Shown piece by piece: positions 41,042-51,013 of a DNA stretch of 64,000 nucleotides. The DNA comes from Candidatus Multivoradales bacterium. GTDB taxonomy: Bacteria; Acidobacteriota; Thermoanaerobaculia; Multivoradales; J023. The stretch's first letter is position 1, and every line of letters begins with the position of its first letter. Made by a program: the position numbers and the translations under genes. The notes beneath the pieces are model-generated. The model was not told the DNA's origin. It was given only the letters and a program-made list of their open reading frames with translations, and did no database searches. Where the stretch lies: contig CBDFLE010000006.1 in NCBI GenBank assembly GCA_965248925.1, positions 4,640,001 through 4,704,000 of the forward strand. The letters are read 5' to 3'.

Positions 41042-41479
41042 ATGGCAGATAGCAAAGAAGGGCGCCGATTCACCGATCAAGGGGGCGACGTCGAGACGGT
41101 CATCGGTAAGGGATCCCACGTCGAGGGTGAGATCAGCGGCAGCACCTCAATCGAGGTCTGGGGTTCGGTCACCGGCACGGCGCGAATCGATGGCTTGTGC
41201 TGGGTGCGTGAGGGAGGCAAATTCAACGGCGACATCTTCGCCACTGGGGTAGTTGTCGAAGGCGAGGTGCAGGGCAAGATCACCGCCGCCGACAAAGTCG
41301 AGTTGCGCGCCTCCTGCCGCTCGCAGGGCAGTATCTCCGCCGGCTCCTTGGCGATCGCAGACGGCTCATTTTTCGAAGGCGAGATCCAGATGCGCGACTC
41401 GGTGAAGGGCGCGGGTGGCCAAAGCGCCAAGAAGAGCGGCTCGGTTAGCTTTGAGGAGAAGCGCCAGCCGGGGCAATAG
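41042..41479 (+). CDS. Bactofilin (polymer-forming cytoskeletal protein)
   Basis: TVIGKGSHVEGEI...G beta-helix repeats. Confidence 0.88.
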   Translation: MADSKEGRRFTDQGGDVETVIGKGSHVEGEISGSTSIEVWGSVTGTARIDGLCWVREGGKFNGDIFATGVVVEGEVQGKITAADKVELRASCRSQGSISAGSLAIADGSFFEGEIQMRDSVKGAGGQSAKKSGSVSFEEKRQPGQ

Positions 41480-42515
41480 GAGCCTCGGCCATCTGCGGTG
41501 TCTTGGACGCCGCCCCAGGGACCTCGCGCACTAGCTTTGGCACCAGGTAGCCAGAGGTGCTGGCCATCAGCTCGGCGTAGATTCGCTGCCCCTCCTGCGT
41601 TGGGACTTCGAAGTGGGTGGCACCGCGCACGCGGTCGAGCAAATGCAGGTAGTAGGGCTGGATACCGGTGGTGAACAATGCTGCGCCGAGCTCGGATAGG
41701 GTGGCGGCGGAGTCGTTGACGCCACGCAGCAGCACGGCTTGGTTGAGCAGCGTCACTCCCCGCTGGCGCAGACGGTGGCAGGCGGCGCGCACCGCGTCGT
41801 CGAGTTCGCGCGGGTGGTTGACATGCAGGACCACCACGGGGCGCAAGCGACTGCCGGTGAGCCAGTCGAGCAGCGCCGAGGTGACCCGCGAAGGCAAGAC
41901 GACGGGTAGTCGGGTGTGGATCCGTAAGCGCTGCAAGTGAGGGATCTCGGCGAGGCGTTCAGTCAGCTGCGCGAGCTTGGCATCGTTGAGTGACAGGGGG
42001 TCGCCGCCAGAGTAGATCACCTCTTCGATACTCGGCGTATTTCGTAACCAGTCGCAAGCTGGTTGCCACTGCTCCCCCCATGCTTGGTGGTCCTGATAAG
42101 GAAAGTGGCGCCTGAAGCAATAGCGACAATGCACGGCGCAGGCAGAAGTGGTCAGCAGCAGAGCCCGGCCGCGGTATTTGTGCAGCAGACCAGGCGCGGG
42201 CGCGGCGGCAGCCTCACCCACCGGATCCTCGCCAAACCCAGCCGCGGTGTCCAGCTCGGCACCACGGGGCAACACCTGCAAGAGCAGCGGGTCCTGAGGA
42301 TCGCCAGGCCGCATCCGGGCGATGAACGGGCGCGGCACGCGCAGCGGAAAACCAGCCTCTGAACCTGGCGGACAGTCGATCTGGCGGCGGTCGAGATCGA
42401 CCAGGCGCAGCAATTCGTCGAGGTCGCTGACCGCTGCACTGAGCTGGCGCTGCCAGGTGGGAGTCGGTTGCTGAGCCGCGGTGGTTGGCTGCCGGGTGGT
42501 GGTTTGGGCTATCAT
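41445..42515 (-). CDS. epmB: EF-P beta-lysylation lysine 2,3-aminomutase
   Basis: [14 protein letters not shown] radical SAM motif, SGGDP, PYYLH; divergent from efp. Confidence 0.93.
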   Translation of the reverse strand: MIAQTTTRQPTTAAQQPTPTWQRQLSAAVSDLDELLRLVDLDRRQIDCPPGSEAGFPLRVPRPFIARMRPGDPQDPLLLQVLPRGAELDTAAGFGEDPVGEAAAAPAPGLLHKYRGRALLLTTSACAVHCRYCFRRHFPYQDHQAWGEQWQPACDWLRNTPSIEEVIYSGGDPLSLNDAKLAQLTERLAEIPHLQRLRIHTRLPVVLPSRVTSALLDWLTGSRLRPVVVLHVNHPRELDDAVRAACHRLRQRGVTLLNQAVLLRGVNDSAATLSELGAALFTTGIQPYYLHLLDRVRGATHFEVPTQEGQRIYAELMASTSGYLVPKLVREVPGAASKTPQMAEAPIAPAGASPQS

Positions 42516-42548
42516 GCGTTTCGAATTGTCCTCGCCTCAAAGCTACCT

Positions 42549-42617
42549 CCGTGCGGCACGGCGATCAAGCACCGTGCGGCACGGCAATCAAGCACCGTGC
42601 GGCACGGCAATCGAGCA
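42549..42617. repeat. Three tandem 23-bp repeats, each containing a dyad
   Basis: CCGTGCGGCACGGCRATCRAGCA x3; CCGTGC-G-GCACGG is an inverted repeat. Confidence 0.9.
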
Positions 42618-42675
42618 TGGCGGCGGGGCTTGCGGCGACCCGCTACCGGTTCCAACCCGAAGATACGGAGATTCC

Positions 42676-43245
42676 ATGGGCACCTACAGCACCAACCAGT
42701 TCAAGAGCGGGCTCAAGGTTATGCTCGATGGCGATCCTTGTTCGATCATCGAGAACGAGTTCGTCAAGCCCGGCAAGGGCCAGGCTTTTGTTCGCACCAA
42801 ATTTCGCAATCTGAAGAATGGCCGGGTGTTGGAGCGGACCTACAAGAACGCCGACTCGATCGAAGCCGCCGATGTGATGGAGACCGACATGCAGTATCTC
42901 TATTCCACCGGCGACACCTGGGTGTTCATGGATCCCAAGTCTTACGAGCAATATGAGGCCAGCGAGAGCGCCATGAGCGAGGCCAGGAATTGGCTCAAGG
43001 AAGAGGATATCTGCGCCGTGACCCTGTGGAACGGGGTGCCGATCTCGGTAACGACGGCGAATTTCGTTAACCTCAAAGTCACCCAGACCGATCCCGGCCT
43101 GAAAGGTGATACCTCCTCGGGCGGCAGCAAGCCCGCGACCTTGGAGACCGGCGCCACGATCCGGGTGCCTTTGTTCATCTCCGAGGGCGAGGTGCTCAGA
43201 GTCGACACCCGCAGCGGCGAGTATGTCTCGCGGGCCAAGAGCTGA
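42676..43245 (+). CDS. efp: Elongation factor P
   Basis: [28 protein letters not shown]. Confidence 0.97.
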   Translation: MGTYSTNQFKSGLKVMLDGDPCSIIENEFVKPGKGQAFVRTKFRNLKNGRVLERTYKNADSIEAADVMETDMQYLYSTGDTWVFMDPKSYEQYEASESAMSEARNWLKEEDICAVTLWNGVPISVTTANFVNLKVTQTDPGLKGDTSSGGSKPATLETGATIRVPLFISEGEVLRVDTRSGEYVSRAKS

Positions 43246-44212
43246 TCGCCAGCTCTCCTGGCGGCCGGCGGCGAGCTTTGACGCCTTGCGTCGCCGGGCT
43301 GCTTTGCTGGCCCGGATTCGCGCCTTCTTCGCCGCTCGCGGCGTGCTCGAGGTCGAAACCCCACAGCTCGCCGCCTGCCCAGTTCCCGATCGCTACCAAC
43401 AAAGCCTGAGCTGTTCGGTAGAGGCACCCGGCGCCCCGCCGCGGATGTACTTGCAGACCTCCCCCGAGTACGCCATGAAGCGGCTGTTGGCCGCTGGCAG
43501 CGGGCCGATCTACCAGCTCGCCAAAGCCTTTCGTGATGGCGAGGCCGGGCGCTTGCACAATCCGGAATTCACCCTGCTCGAGTGGTACCGGCTGGGCTTC
43601 GACCATCATGCGCTGATGGACGAGGTTGGCGAGTTGCTGAGCGAAGTTCTAGGCTGTGACCCCGCCGAGAAACTGAGCTACGCCGCCGCCTGTGAACGTT
43701 GGCTGGAGGTCGATCCGCACCGTGTTGGCGCGGCAGAGTTGGCTCGTCTGGCCGCTGCCCGTGGCTGGGTCGTCGTCGGACTCGAGGATGCTGATAGGGA
43801 CACCTGGCTCGATCTGCTGATCACCCGCTACGTGGAACCCGAACTCGGCCGTGGCCAGCCGACTCTGCTCTACGACTACCCGGCCTCCCAAGCCGCTCTG
43901 GCTCGCATTCGCCCTGGCGCCCCGCCGCTGGCCAGTCGTTTCGAGGTCTATCTAGAAGGGGTCGAGCTGGCCAACGGTTTTCATGAGCTGGCCGACGCCG
44001 CGGAACAGCGCCAGCGTTTCGAGCTTGAACTTGAGCGTCGGCGCCAGCTCGGCTTGCCCGAAGTGCCGCTCGACGAGCGTTTTCTGGCCGCTCTCGAAGC
44101 TGGCTTGCCTGATTGTGCGGGTGTCGCTCTCGGCATCGATCGCTTGGCCATGCTCGACGCCGGTGCCAGCCACTTGGGAGAGGTGATGGCGCTGCCGGTG
44201 GATCGGGCTTGA
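43223..44212 (+). CDS. epmA: EF-P lysine aminoacylase
   Basis: [33 protein letters not shown]. Confidence 0.93.
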   Translation: MSRGPRADRQLSWRPAASFDALRRRAALLARIRAFFAARGVLEVETPQLAACPVPDRYQQSLSCSVEAPGAPPRMYLQTSPEYAMKRLLAAGSGPIYQLAKAFRDGEAGRLHNPEFTLLEWYRLGFDHHALMDEVGELLSEVLGCDPAEKLSYAAACERWLEVDPHRVGAAELARLAAARGWVVVGLEDADRDTWLDLLITRYVEPELGRGQPTLLYDYPASQAALARIRPGAPPLASRFEVYLEGVELANGFHELADAAEQRQRFELELERRRQLGLPEVPLDERFLAALEAGLPDCAGVALGIDRLAMLDAGASHLGEVMALPVDRA

Positions 44213-44269
44213 GAGCACTGCACCTCAGCCTTCTAGCCGCTCGCCGCCAACTGCTAGACTGCCGGGAAG

Positions 44270-44731
44270 ATGAAGCACTCGGCCGTATTCCGCCATCGCG
44301 ACCAGTTGCCGCTCGACAATCTTGTTGACCTGCTGAGTACATTCTTCGGTGCGCTTGACGACCCCGGCATGGTTGCTGTTTACCTCTTTGGCAGCCGGGT
44401 GTCGGGCAACCTGCATCGCGATAGCGATGTCGACTTGGCGGTGCTGCTCGATCGCCGCCTGTATCCGGATGAGCGCCATCGATTCGAGGCTAGATTGGGC
44501 TGGATAGCTCAGTTGGAGCCAAGTGTCGGGGGTGCTGGGCTCGATCTGGTCGTGCTCAATGACCTACCGCCACTATTTGCTCGACGAATTGTCTGGGAGG
44601 GGCGCGAAGTCTTTTGTAGTCATCGCCAGCAGGCCCGTGCCTTCGTTCGCGACGTGCAGCTTCGAGCGGCCGACCTGGCGCCTTGGCTTGAGCGAATGCG
44701 CAGGCTCAAGCTACAGGCGCTGGCACGGTGA
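44270..44731 (+). CDS. mntA: MNT nucleotidyltransferase antitoxin (start uncertain)
   Basis: FGSR-x8-SDVD motif; overlaps HEPN gene. Confidence 0.85.
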   Translation: MKHSAVFRHRDQLPLDNLVDLLSTFFGALDDPGMVAVYLFGSRVSGNLHRDSDVDLAVLLDRRLYPDERHRFEARLGWIAQLEPSVGGAGLDLVVLNDLPPLFARRIVWEGREVFCSHRQQARAFVRDVQLRAADLAPWLERMRRLKLQALAR

Positions 44732-45141
44732 CCTACCTTGTCGAGCGGCTGGCGGAGCTGCGTACTCATCTAGATCATCTGCGAGAGCTGCGGCCGAAAG
44801 TAACCTCACCAGCCGTGCTGCGGCGGGATCTCTCGCTGCACAACGACGTGCTGTTCTCCTTGCTAACGGTTTGCCAGCTGGTGATCGACATGGCCGGCGA
44901 GCTGTGCTCTCGGCGTGGCTTGCGCTTTGAGGACTACACTGAATCTGTCCGACAGCTGGCGGCCTACGCGGAGTTCGATGACCAAGTGCTCGCCGAACTC
45001 GAGCGGTTGCCCGGTTTCCGCAACGTGTTGATCCACGAGTACGTCGCTCTCGATTTCGAGCGGGTGATCGAGGCTCTTGACCGACTGCAGCCGGTCGAAG
45101 AGTTTTTGCAAGTGGTGCGTCAGTTCGAGAGCCGCGACTGA
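44728..45141 (+). CDS. hepT: HEPN/DUF86 RNase toxin
   Basis: GFRNVLIHEY (Rx4H). Confidence 0.88.
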   Translation: MTYLVERLAELRTHLDHLRELRPKVTSPAVLRRDLSLHNDVLFSLLTVCQLVIDMAGELCSRRGLRFEDYTESVRQLAAYAEFDDQVLAELERLPGFRNVLIHEYVALDFERVIEALDRLQPVEEFLQVVRQFESRD

Positions 45142-45162
45142 GATTCGCAGGGCGGCGGCGAA

Positions 45163-46686
45163 CTAGGTGGCGGAGGTCGGCCGAGGCAAGTCGAGCGACC
45201 GCGGCAGGCCCCAGCCGGCTTTGTAGCCGAACAGCTCACGTGCCGGGGTCGAGCCGCATTTGCCGTCGAGAATCTCCAGATGGTCGAGGGTTAGCAAGCC
45301 AGGGTGCTCGACACCGCAGGCGCGTGAGAGTCGTAGGAGTTCCTTGCGCAAGCTCATCAGGTAGTTGGCCAAGCGGGCGGCTTTGGAGGTCGGGTCGAGG
45401 CCGTGGGCGAGCCATTTGCCCTGGGTGGCGACCCCGGTGGGGCAGTGACCCGTGTGGCAGCGTTGGGCTTGGATGCAGCCGATCGCCAGCATCGCTTCGC
45501 GACCCACGGCAATGGCGTCGCAGCCCAAGGCGAAAGCCAAGACCGCGTTCTCGGGCAAGCCCAGCTTGCCGGAGCCGATGAACAACACCCGGTCGCAGAG
45601 ACCCGTTTCGGCAAAGATGCGGTAGACCCGGCTGAAACCGGTCTTGAAGGGCAGCGCGACGTGGTCTGAGAAGACCAGCGGCGCCGCGCCGGTGCCCCCC
45701 TCGCCGCCATCGACGGCGATGTAGTCAGGTCCCTGCCGCCGGGCTTCCATCCGTTCAGCAAGGGTGGTCCAGAAACTCAGCTGGCCGACCGCGGACTTGA
45801 TGCCCACTGGCAGTCCGCTGGCCGCGGCCAGCAGCTCGACGAAGTCGATCAAGCCATCTACATCAGAAAAAGCATGATGGAAGGCCGGGCTGATGCAGTC
45901 GCGACCGCGCTCGATACCGCGGATGGCGGCAATCTCGGCGGTGATTTTGGCGGCCGGCAAAACCCCTCCCAAGCCGGGTTTGGCGCCTTGGCTGAGCTTG
46001 ACCTCGATCGCCCGTACCGGGTTGGCCTCGACGGTGGATAGAAAACGCTCCATCGAGAAGCCGCCGCCCCGCGCTCGGGCACCGAAGTAGCCAGTGCCGA
46101 GCTGCCAAATCAACTCGCCACCGTGGCGATGGTGAGGGGCGATGCCGCCTTCGCCGGTGTTCTGCAAGCAGCCGGCGAGCTGGCAGCCCCGATTGATTGC
46201 TTCGACCGCTGGCGCCGACAGCGAACCGAAACTCATCGCCGAAGTGTTGATCACTGAAGCCAGACGGAAAGCGCCGCGCCGGTCGCGGGCTTCGCCGAGG
46301 ATCTTGGCGCTTGAGATGCTGTAGTCGGGGTCGTGGTCCGCATCGCCGGGATGGCGATCGGGCAGCGGAAAGGCGCTGTGCTGGATGATCAGATAGCCGG
46401 GGGTTTTCTCGATCTGATTGTCGGTGCCGAAGCCGAAGTAGCTGTTCTGCTGTTTTGCCGAGGCATAGATCCAGCGCCGTTGATCGCGGCTGAAGGGCCG
46501 TTCTTCATCGTTGTCGGTGACGATGTACTGGCGCAGTTCGGGACCGATGCGTTCCAGCAGATAGCGTAGATGACCGATCAGCGGGAAGTTGCGCAGGATG
46601 GCGTGCTGGGTCTGCAGCAGATCCCAGATGGCCAGCAGGATCAGTAAGGCGGCGAGCAGCGCCGCCGCGATCAACAAATAGCTCAT
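45163..46686 (-). CDS. FMN-binding glutamate synthase family protein
   Basis: SAMSFG, NTGEGG, KLSQGAKPG, GCIQAQRCHTGHCPTG. Confidence 0.92.
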   Translation of the reverse strand: MSYLLIAAALLAALLILLAIWDLLQTQHAILRNFPLIGHLRYLLERIGPELRQYIVTDNDEERPFSRDQRRWIYASAKQQNSYFGFGTDNQIEKTPGYLIIQHSAFPLPDRHPGDADHDPDYSISSAKILGEARDRRGAFRLASVINTSAMSFGSLSAPAVEAINRGCQLAGCLQNTGEGGIAPHHRHGGELIWQLGTGYFGARARGGGFSMERFLSTVEANPVRAIEVKLSQGAKPGLGGVLPAAKITAEIAAIRGIERGRDCISPAFHHAFSDVDGLIDFVELLAAASGLPVGIKSAVGQLSFWTTLAERMEARRQGPDYIAVDGGEGGTGAAPLVFSDHVALPFKTGFSRVYRIFAETGLCDRVLFIGSGKLGLPENAVLAFALGCDAIAVGREAMLAIGCIQAQRCHTGHCPTGVATQGKWLAHGLDPTSKAARLANYLMSLRKELLRLSRACGVEHPGLLTLDHLEILDGKCGSTPARELFGYKAGWGLPRSLDLPRPTSAT

Positions 46687-46785
46687 GCCGCGGACTCTAA
46701 CTCAAGCCGTCGGCAATTTCACAAACGTCTGAAAACAGGCGCCTTGCTCTTCGTCCCTAGCTGTCAAAGAGATGACGGAGCAAGG

Positions 46786-48450
46786 TCAGCTGGAGTTCGC
46801 CGGCAACAGCAGCGAGCAGCCAGTCATCTCCTTCGGCTGCTCCAGCCCCATCAGCTCGAGCAGGGTCGGTGCGATGTCGGCCAGTTTGCCGCCTTCGCGC
46901 AGCCGGCGGCCGCGCCAACGTTCGCCGACCAGGTGTAGCGGCACGTCGAAGGTGGTGTGAGAGGTGTGAGGGCAGCGGTTCGTGGGATCCCAGGTCTGCT
47001 CGGCATTGCCGTGGTCGGCGGTGACGATCAGGGCGCCACCCAACTCGAGCACCCGGTCGATGATGGCGCCGACACAGGTGTCGACCACCTCCACCGCCTC
47101 GACCACCGCTCGGTGGACACCAGTGTGGCCCACCATGTCGGGATTGGCGAAATTGACCACCATCAGCGCTTCGCGATCTTCGGCGGCGAGGCGCTGGAGC
47201 ACCGCGTCGCAGACCGCGTGCGCGGCCATCTCCGGCTTTTGGTCGTAAGTCGAGATCCCTTGCGGGCTCGGCCGCAGCTCGCGACGCTCGCCAGGGAAGG
47301 GCGACTCGCGGTAGTCGTTGAAAAAGAAGGTCACATGGGGGAACTTCTCGGTTTCGGCGCAACGCAGCTGGCTGAGGCCGGCGTCGCTGACCGCCTGGCC
47401 CAGGATTCGCGGCATTCTCTCCGGTCGCTCAAAAATCACCCCACTCACCGGCAGCCCTTGCTGGTAGTCGGTCATGGTGGTGAAGCAGAGGTCCTCAAGC
47501 CGTCGACCACGCTCGAAACCGCCCCCTTGGACCGCTTCCCAGGCGTCGTCGTCGAGCACGAAGGCTTTGCTGATCTGCCGCGGTCGATCACCGCGGAAAT
47601 TCCAGAAGATCACCGCGTCGCCAGCTTCAATCGCCGGCAGCGGCTGACCATCTGGGCCGAGAATCCGGGTCGGAGTGATGAACTCATCGCCGCTGCTGTT
47701 GGGCTCGCTGGGGCTGTCGTAGTAGTGTTGCACAGCTTGACTGGCGCTGGTCGCGACCGCCAGATCGAGTCGCGCGTCGGTCTGCGGATCTCGCGTCGCT
47801 CGGCCGGTCAGCGCGGCCCAGGCCCGTGCCACCCGACCCCAGCGATGATCGCGGTCCATGGCCCAATAGCGTCCGCTGACGCTGGCGATGCTTCCCACCG
47901 CAGCGGCGGCCAGCTCGGCTTCGGTGCGTTCGATGAAACCTCGGCCTAGAGCCGGGCCAGTGTCGCGACCGTCGGTGAAAGCGTGCAACAGCAGGCGCTC
48001 GGCCGGCAGCTTGCGGGCGGCGGCCAAGCGAACAATGGCAAAGAGATGTTCGAGATCGCTGTGTACCTGGCCATCGCTGAGCAGGCCTAACAAATGCACC
48101 CGACCGCCGCTGCGCTCGGCATGCTCGAAGGCGGCAATCAGCCGCGGATTGGTCGTCAGGGAGCCTTCGCGCAGCGCCCGATTGATTCGCATTAGCTGCT
48201 GATCGACCACCCGGCCGGCACCGATATTTTGATGACCGACCTCCGAGTTGCCCATCGTGCCGGGGGGCAGGCCGACATTCTCTCCCGAGGTGTGAATCAG
48301 CGTACTCGGCCAATGGCTGGCCAAGCGGTCGGCGACCGGCGTACGGGCTTCTCTGATCGCGTTCCAGCTGCGGCGTTCGGCAAATGGGCTGTGCCCCCAG
48401 CCGTCACGGACGATTAGCACTACGGGTGGGCGATGGGTTGTCTCAGCCAT
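46786..48450 (-). CDS. gpmI: 2,3-bisphosphoglycerate-independent phosphoglycerate mutase
   Basis: DGWG, MGNSEVGH, AETEK, DMVGH, ADHGN. Confidence 0.95.
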   Translation of the reverse strand: MAETTHRPPVVLIVRDGWGHSPFAERRSWNAIREARTPVADRLASHWPSTLIHTSGENVGLPPGTMGNSEVGHQNIGAGRVVDQQLMRINRALREGSLTTNPRLIAAFEHAERSGGRVHLLGLLSDGQVHSDLEHLFAIVRLAAARKLPAERLLLHAFTDGRDTGPALGRGFIERTEAELAAAAVGSIASVSGRYWAMDRDHRWGRVARAWAALTGRATRDPQTDARLDLAVATSASQAVQHYYDSPSEPNSSGDEFITPTRILGPDGQPLPAIEAGDAVIFWNFRGDRPRQISKAFVLDDDAWEAVQGGGFERGRRLEDLCFTTMTDYQQGLPVSGVIFERPERMPRILGQAVSDAGLSQLRCAETEKFPHVTFFFNDYRESPFPGERRELRPSPQGISTYDQKPEMAAHAVCDAVLQRLAAEDREALMVVNFANPDMVGHTGVHRAVVEAVEVVDTCVGAIIDRVLELGGALIVTADHGNAEQTWDPTNRCPHTSHTTFDVPLHLVGERWRGRRLREGGKLADIAPTLLELMGLEQPKEMTGCSLLLPANSS

Positions 48451-48596
48451 AATTTCTCTCGAGTTCTGCGGGCCGAAAGCGGAGATTTGGTAGATGCGGA
48501 ACTCAAGGCGGCACAGGGCATTGAGTCTCCTGCTGCGAGATTTTGGCAAACACCGCGAGCGAGCCGGTTGCGCTCGCGGTGTTCCTGGACCGATTC

Positions 48597-49307
48597 TCAG
48601 TCGCGGGACATGAAGATTCGCAACACGTACCACAGCATCAACGCCACTGAGGCGAACAACTGCAAGGCGGCACCCACGTAGCGATCTTGCGGATAGCGAC
48701 GCAGGATGTTCGAGGTATCGCTGAGGATTGCGCCGCCCGCCAAGGCGACCATCCCGACAGAGAACCAAGTGCCGAGTTGGAAGCCAAACAGAACTCCCGC
48801 GACGATCGCCACTAGAGCCATCACGAAACCCCAGCGCAGCAAGCCGCTGAGGAACGAGAAGTCTTTACCAGAATAGAAGGCGATCGCCGACAGGCCGGTA
48901 AAGCCGAGCAAAGTGACCACCGCGGCACTCTTGATCACGCCACCCCCAGAATAGTGCTGGGCGATGTAGAGCAGGGGCACGAAAATAATCGCTTCGGCCA
49001 GCACGAAGCCGGCGAGTGCCAGATATTGCGCCGCGAGCGAGCGTGAGCGGAAGGCCACGCGGCTGGCCAACCAACTCACAACCATGAAGCCGCCAAGTAT
49101 GAATAGCCAATTGGTGCCGAGCATCTTCTCGGCCAAGGTGGCCGCCATGCCGCTCTGGAAGAGGGCGAACTCGACCAAGGTGAATGCCACCATGGCGCCA
49201 AAAAGGTGGCTGTAGGTGCGGCGGATGAAGGTTGCGCGCTGTTCCTCTACTAGAGTGGCTACGGGCGCCGAGTACCGGGTTTCGCTGCTGTAGGTCGTCT
49301 CAGACAT
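48597..49307 (-). CDS. Bax inhibitor-1/YccA family membrane protein
   Basis: FIRRTYSHL, KDFSFL, about seven TM segments. Confidence 0.85.
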   Translation of the reverse strand: MSETTYSSETRYSAPVATLVEEQRATFIRRTYSHLFGAMVAFTLVEFALFQSGMAATLAEKMLGTNWLFILGGFMVVSWLASRVAFRSRSLAAQYLALAGFVLAEAIIFVPLLYIAQHYSGGGVIKSAAVVTLLGFTGLSAIAFYSGKDFSFLSGLLRWGFVMALVAIVAGVLFGFQLGTWFSVGMVALAGGAILSDTSNILRRYPQDRYVGAALQLFASVALMLWYVLRIFMSRD

Positions 49308-49393
49308 CTATTTCTCCTGGTGTCAATGCATCTCCCTATGCAGATTGTACAGCAGGTACCCGGGCTCGGTCGGCAGCCGGCTTCTCGAACCGC

Positions 49394-49888
49394 TCAGAAT
49401 TGGCCCGCCGGCGCCGCCGATTGGGCGTGAGTGCTACGGCTACCGCGCTTCGCTGACGTGATGTTTGCCGCTCCCGGACCAGAGCAGAAGAGGACAAACT
49501 CGACCACCACGTCATCGCAGAGATCGCAGCAATCGTCGCAGCCCTCGTTGCCATCGACGCCGACCCCCCAAAACAGATCGCTCGCCGGATCGGTACCGGC
49601 GCCGTAGCAGATCTGGGCGCGGCGTTCACAAGTGATGTCAGCGCGAATCTCACCGCCGGGTTGAGAGACGTAGACCCGGCTGGTCGAGGGGAACACAATG
49701 CCGTTGTCGGTATCGAACAACGCTGCTTCCAGTCCGCGGCCGTCGTCACAGTCGTCCACTAGGATCCAGCTCATATTGGCAGCGTCGCGGGGCACGAAGA
49801 GATCGGAATCGCTGTCACAGCCGGTCATAGCGAGGGCGGCTAGGGCCAGCACAGCGCAGGTGGTCTTGCTTTTGATCTGAAAGAACAT
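49394..49888 (-). CDS. Cys/Asp-rich lipoprotein of unknown function
   Basis: GGAGG RBS; lipobox MTGC; ICYGA...WGVGVDG..GCDDCC. Confidence 0.75.
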   Translation of the reverse strand: MFFQIKSKTTCAVLALAALAMTGCDSDSDLFVPRDAANMSWILVDDCDDGRGLEAALFDTDNGIVFPSTSRVYVSQPGGEIRADITCERRAQICYGAGTDPASDLFWGVGVDGNEGCDDCCDLCDDVVVEFVLFCSGPGAANITSAKRGSRSTHAQSAAPAGQF

Positions 49889-50283
49889 CAGTCCTCCTTG
49901 TTTTATCCTGCCGAGGTTGCTGCACTTGTCATCGATCGATGACGCCGCTGTCCGTGCGGGGTGGCTACCGGCTTCGATTCCGGCGACGATGGCAGGCCAA
50001 GTGGGCTTGCTGCGGCGATGTGCTGAGCTAGGACTCACTTGTGCTTCTCGGCTCGAGGGCCTTGACGGGCTGGGCTGGAGTCGAGCCTGACCGGAGGTTT
50101 CGCGGAGGCCTCTGACGTTGGCCACAGCCTGAGATGGCCGGGTGTTCAAGAGAGAGTTCTGCAGGAAACGTTCCAGCAGGCCGCGAGGCGGTCGGCGATG
50201 TTCGATATGCTGTGCTCTAGATCGCCTGCAGGGGCCTAAGACTGATCACCTGGAATCCATTTCCTCAAACTAAACGCTAAGCC

Positions 50284-50916
50284 GTGAAGAAGCCTGACCC
50301 GCTCCGCCGACCCGTGGTCGCCAAATCGGATGCTGAAGTCGAGTGTTCCGAAGGTGAGTTGTTCCTTTCGGCGATGCGCGAGTTCGGAGCTACTAGGGTG
50401 CCAGAGCGCCGCGGATCTACTGCTGGCGAGGGAGCGACAAGGGCGGCACGGAAGCCGCCGCGGTCGCCGCCGGCTAAGCAGCAGTCTTCCCCAGCGCAGT
50501 TGGCGGCTGGGGAAGCTGAAGATCAGCAGTTCCTGGCCGCCATGCGGCAGCTCGGTGCGATGCCAGATAAGGATAGCCCTACGGCCCGCTCGGCGTCCGC
50601 TGCTCCGCGCCGTCTCCGCGCTGCCAAGCTGCGCCGGCTAACCCTCGACGACAGCCTGGACTTGCACGGCCGCCGGGTCGAAGAAGCCTTGTTGATAGTC
50701 GAGACTTTCGTCGCCGCGGCGGCCCGCCAGGGTTTGCGAACCGTGCTAGTGATCACCGGCAAGGGACTCCATTCGCCGACCGGTGCCGGGGTGTTGCGGC
50801 GGGCGGTCGAGCAGTGGATCGAGCGGCGCGGCAAGCCCAATGTAGTTGCTTGGGCCGAGGCGCCCCGCGAGTTGGGTGGGCGCGGGGCTTTTGTCCTGCA
50901 CCTGCGTCGCGCTTGA
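50284..50916 (+). CDS. Smr/MutS2 C-terminal domain protein
   Basis: LDLHG, VITGKG, GGRGA. Confidence 0.9.
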   Translation: MKKPDPLRRPVVAKSDAEVECSEGELFLSAMREFGATRVPERRGSTAGEGATRAARKPPRSPPAKQQSSPAQLAAGEAEDQQFLAAMRQLGAMPDKDSPTARSASAAPRRLRAAKLRRLTLDDSLDLHGRRVEEALLIVETFVAAAARQGLRTVLVITGKGLHSPTGAGVLRRAVEQWIERRGKPNVVAWAEAPRELGGRGAFVLHLRRA

Positions 50917-51013
50917 TGGTTGCTCTAAAAGACTAGCCGCGGCGTGCCTTGTCGGGCGGGCGTTGGCGGGGTACTTTCTCGGCCATGGATTTTCCAAGCG
51001 AGGATTTGAAGCG

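Noticed and set aside
42549-42617. CRISPR array
   Set aside because: Repeats are contiguous with no spacers, and no cas genes are present.
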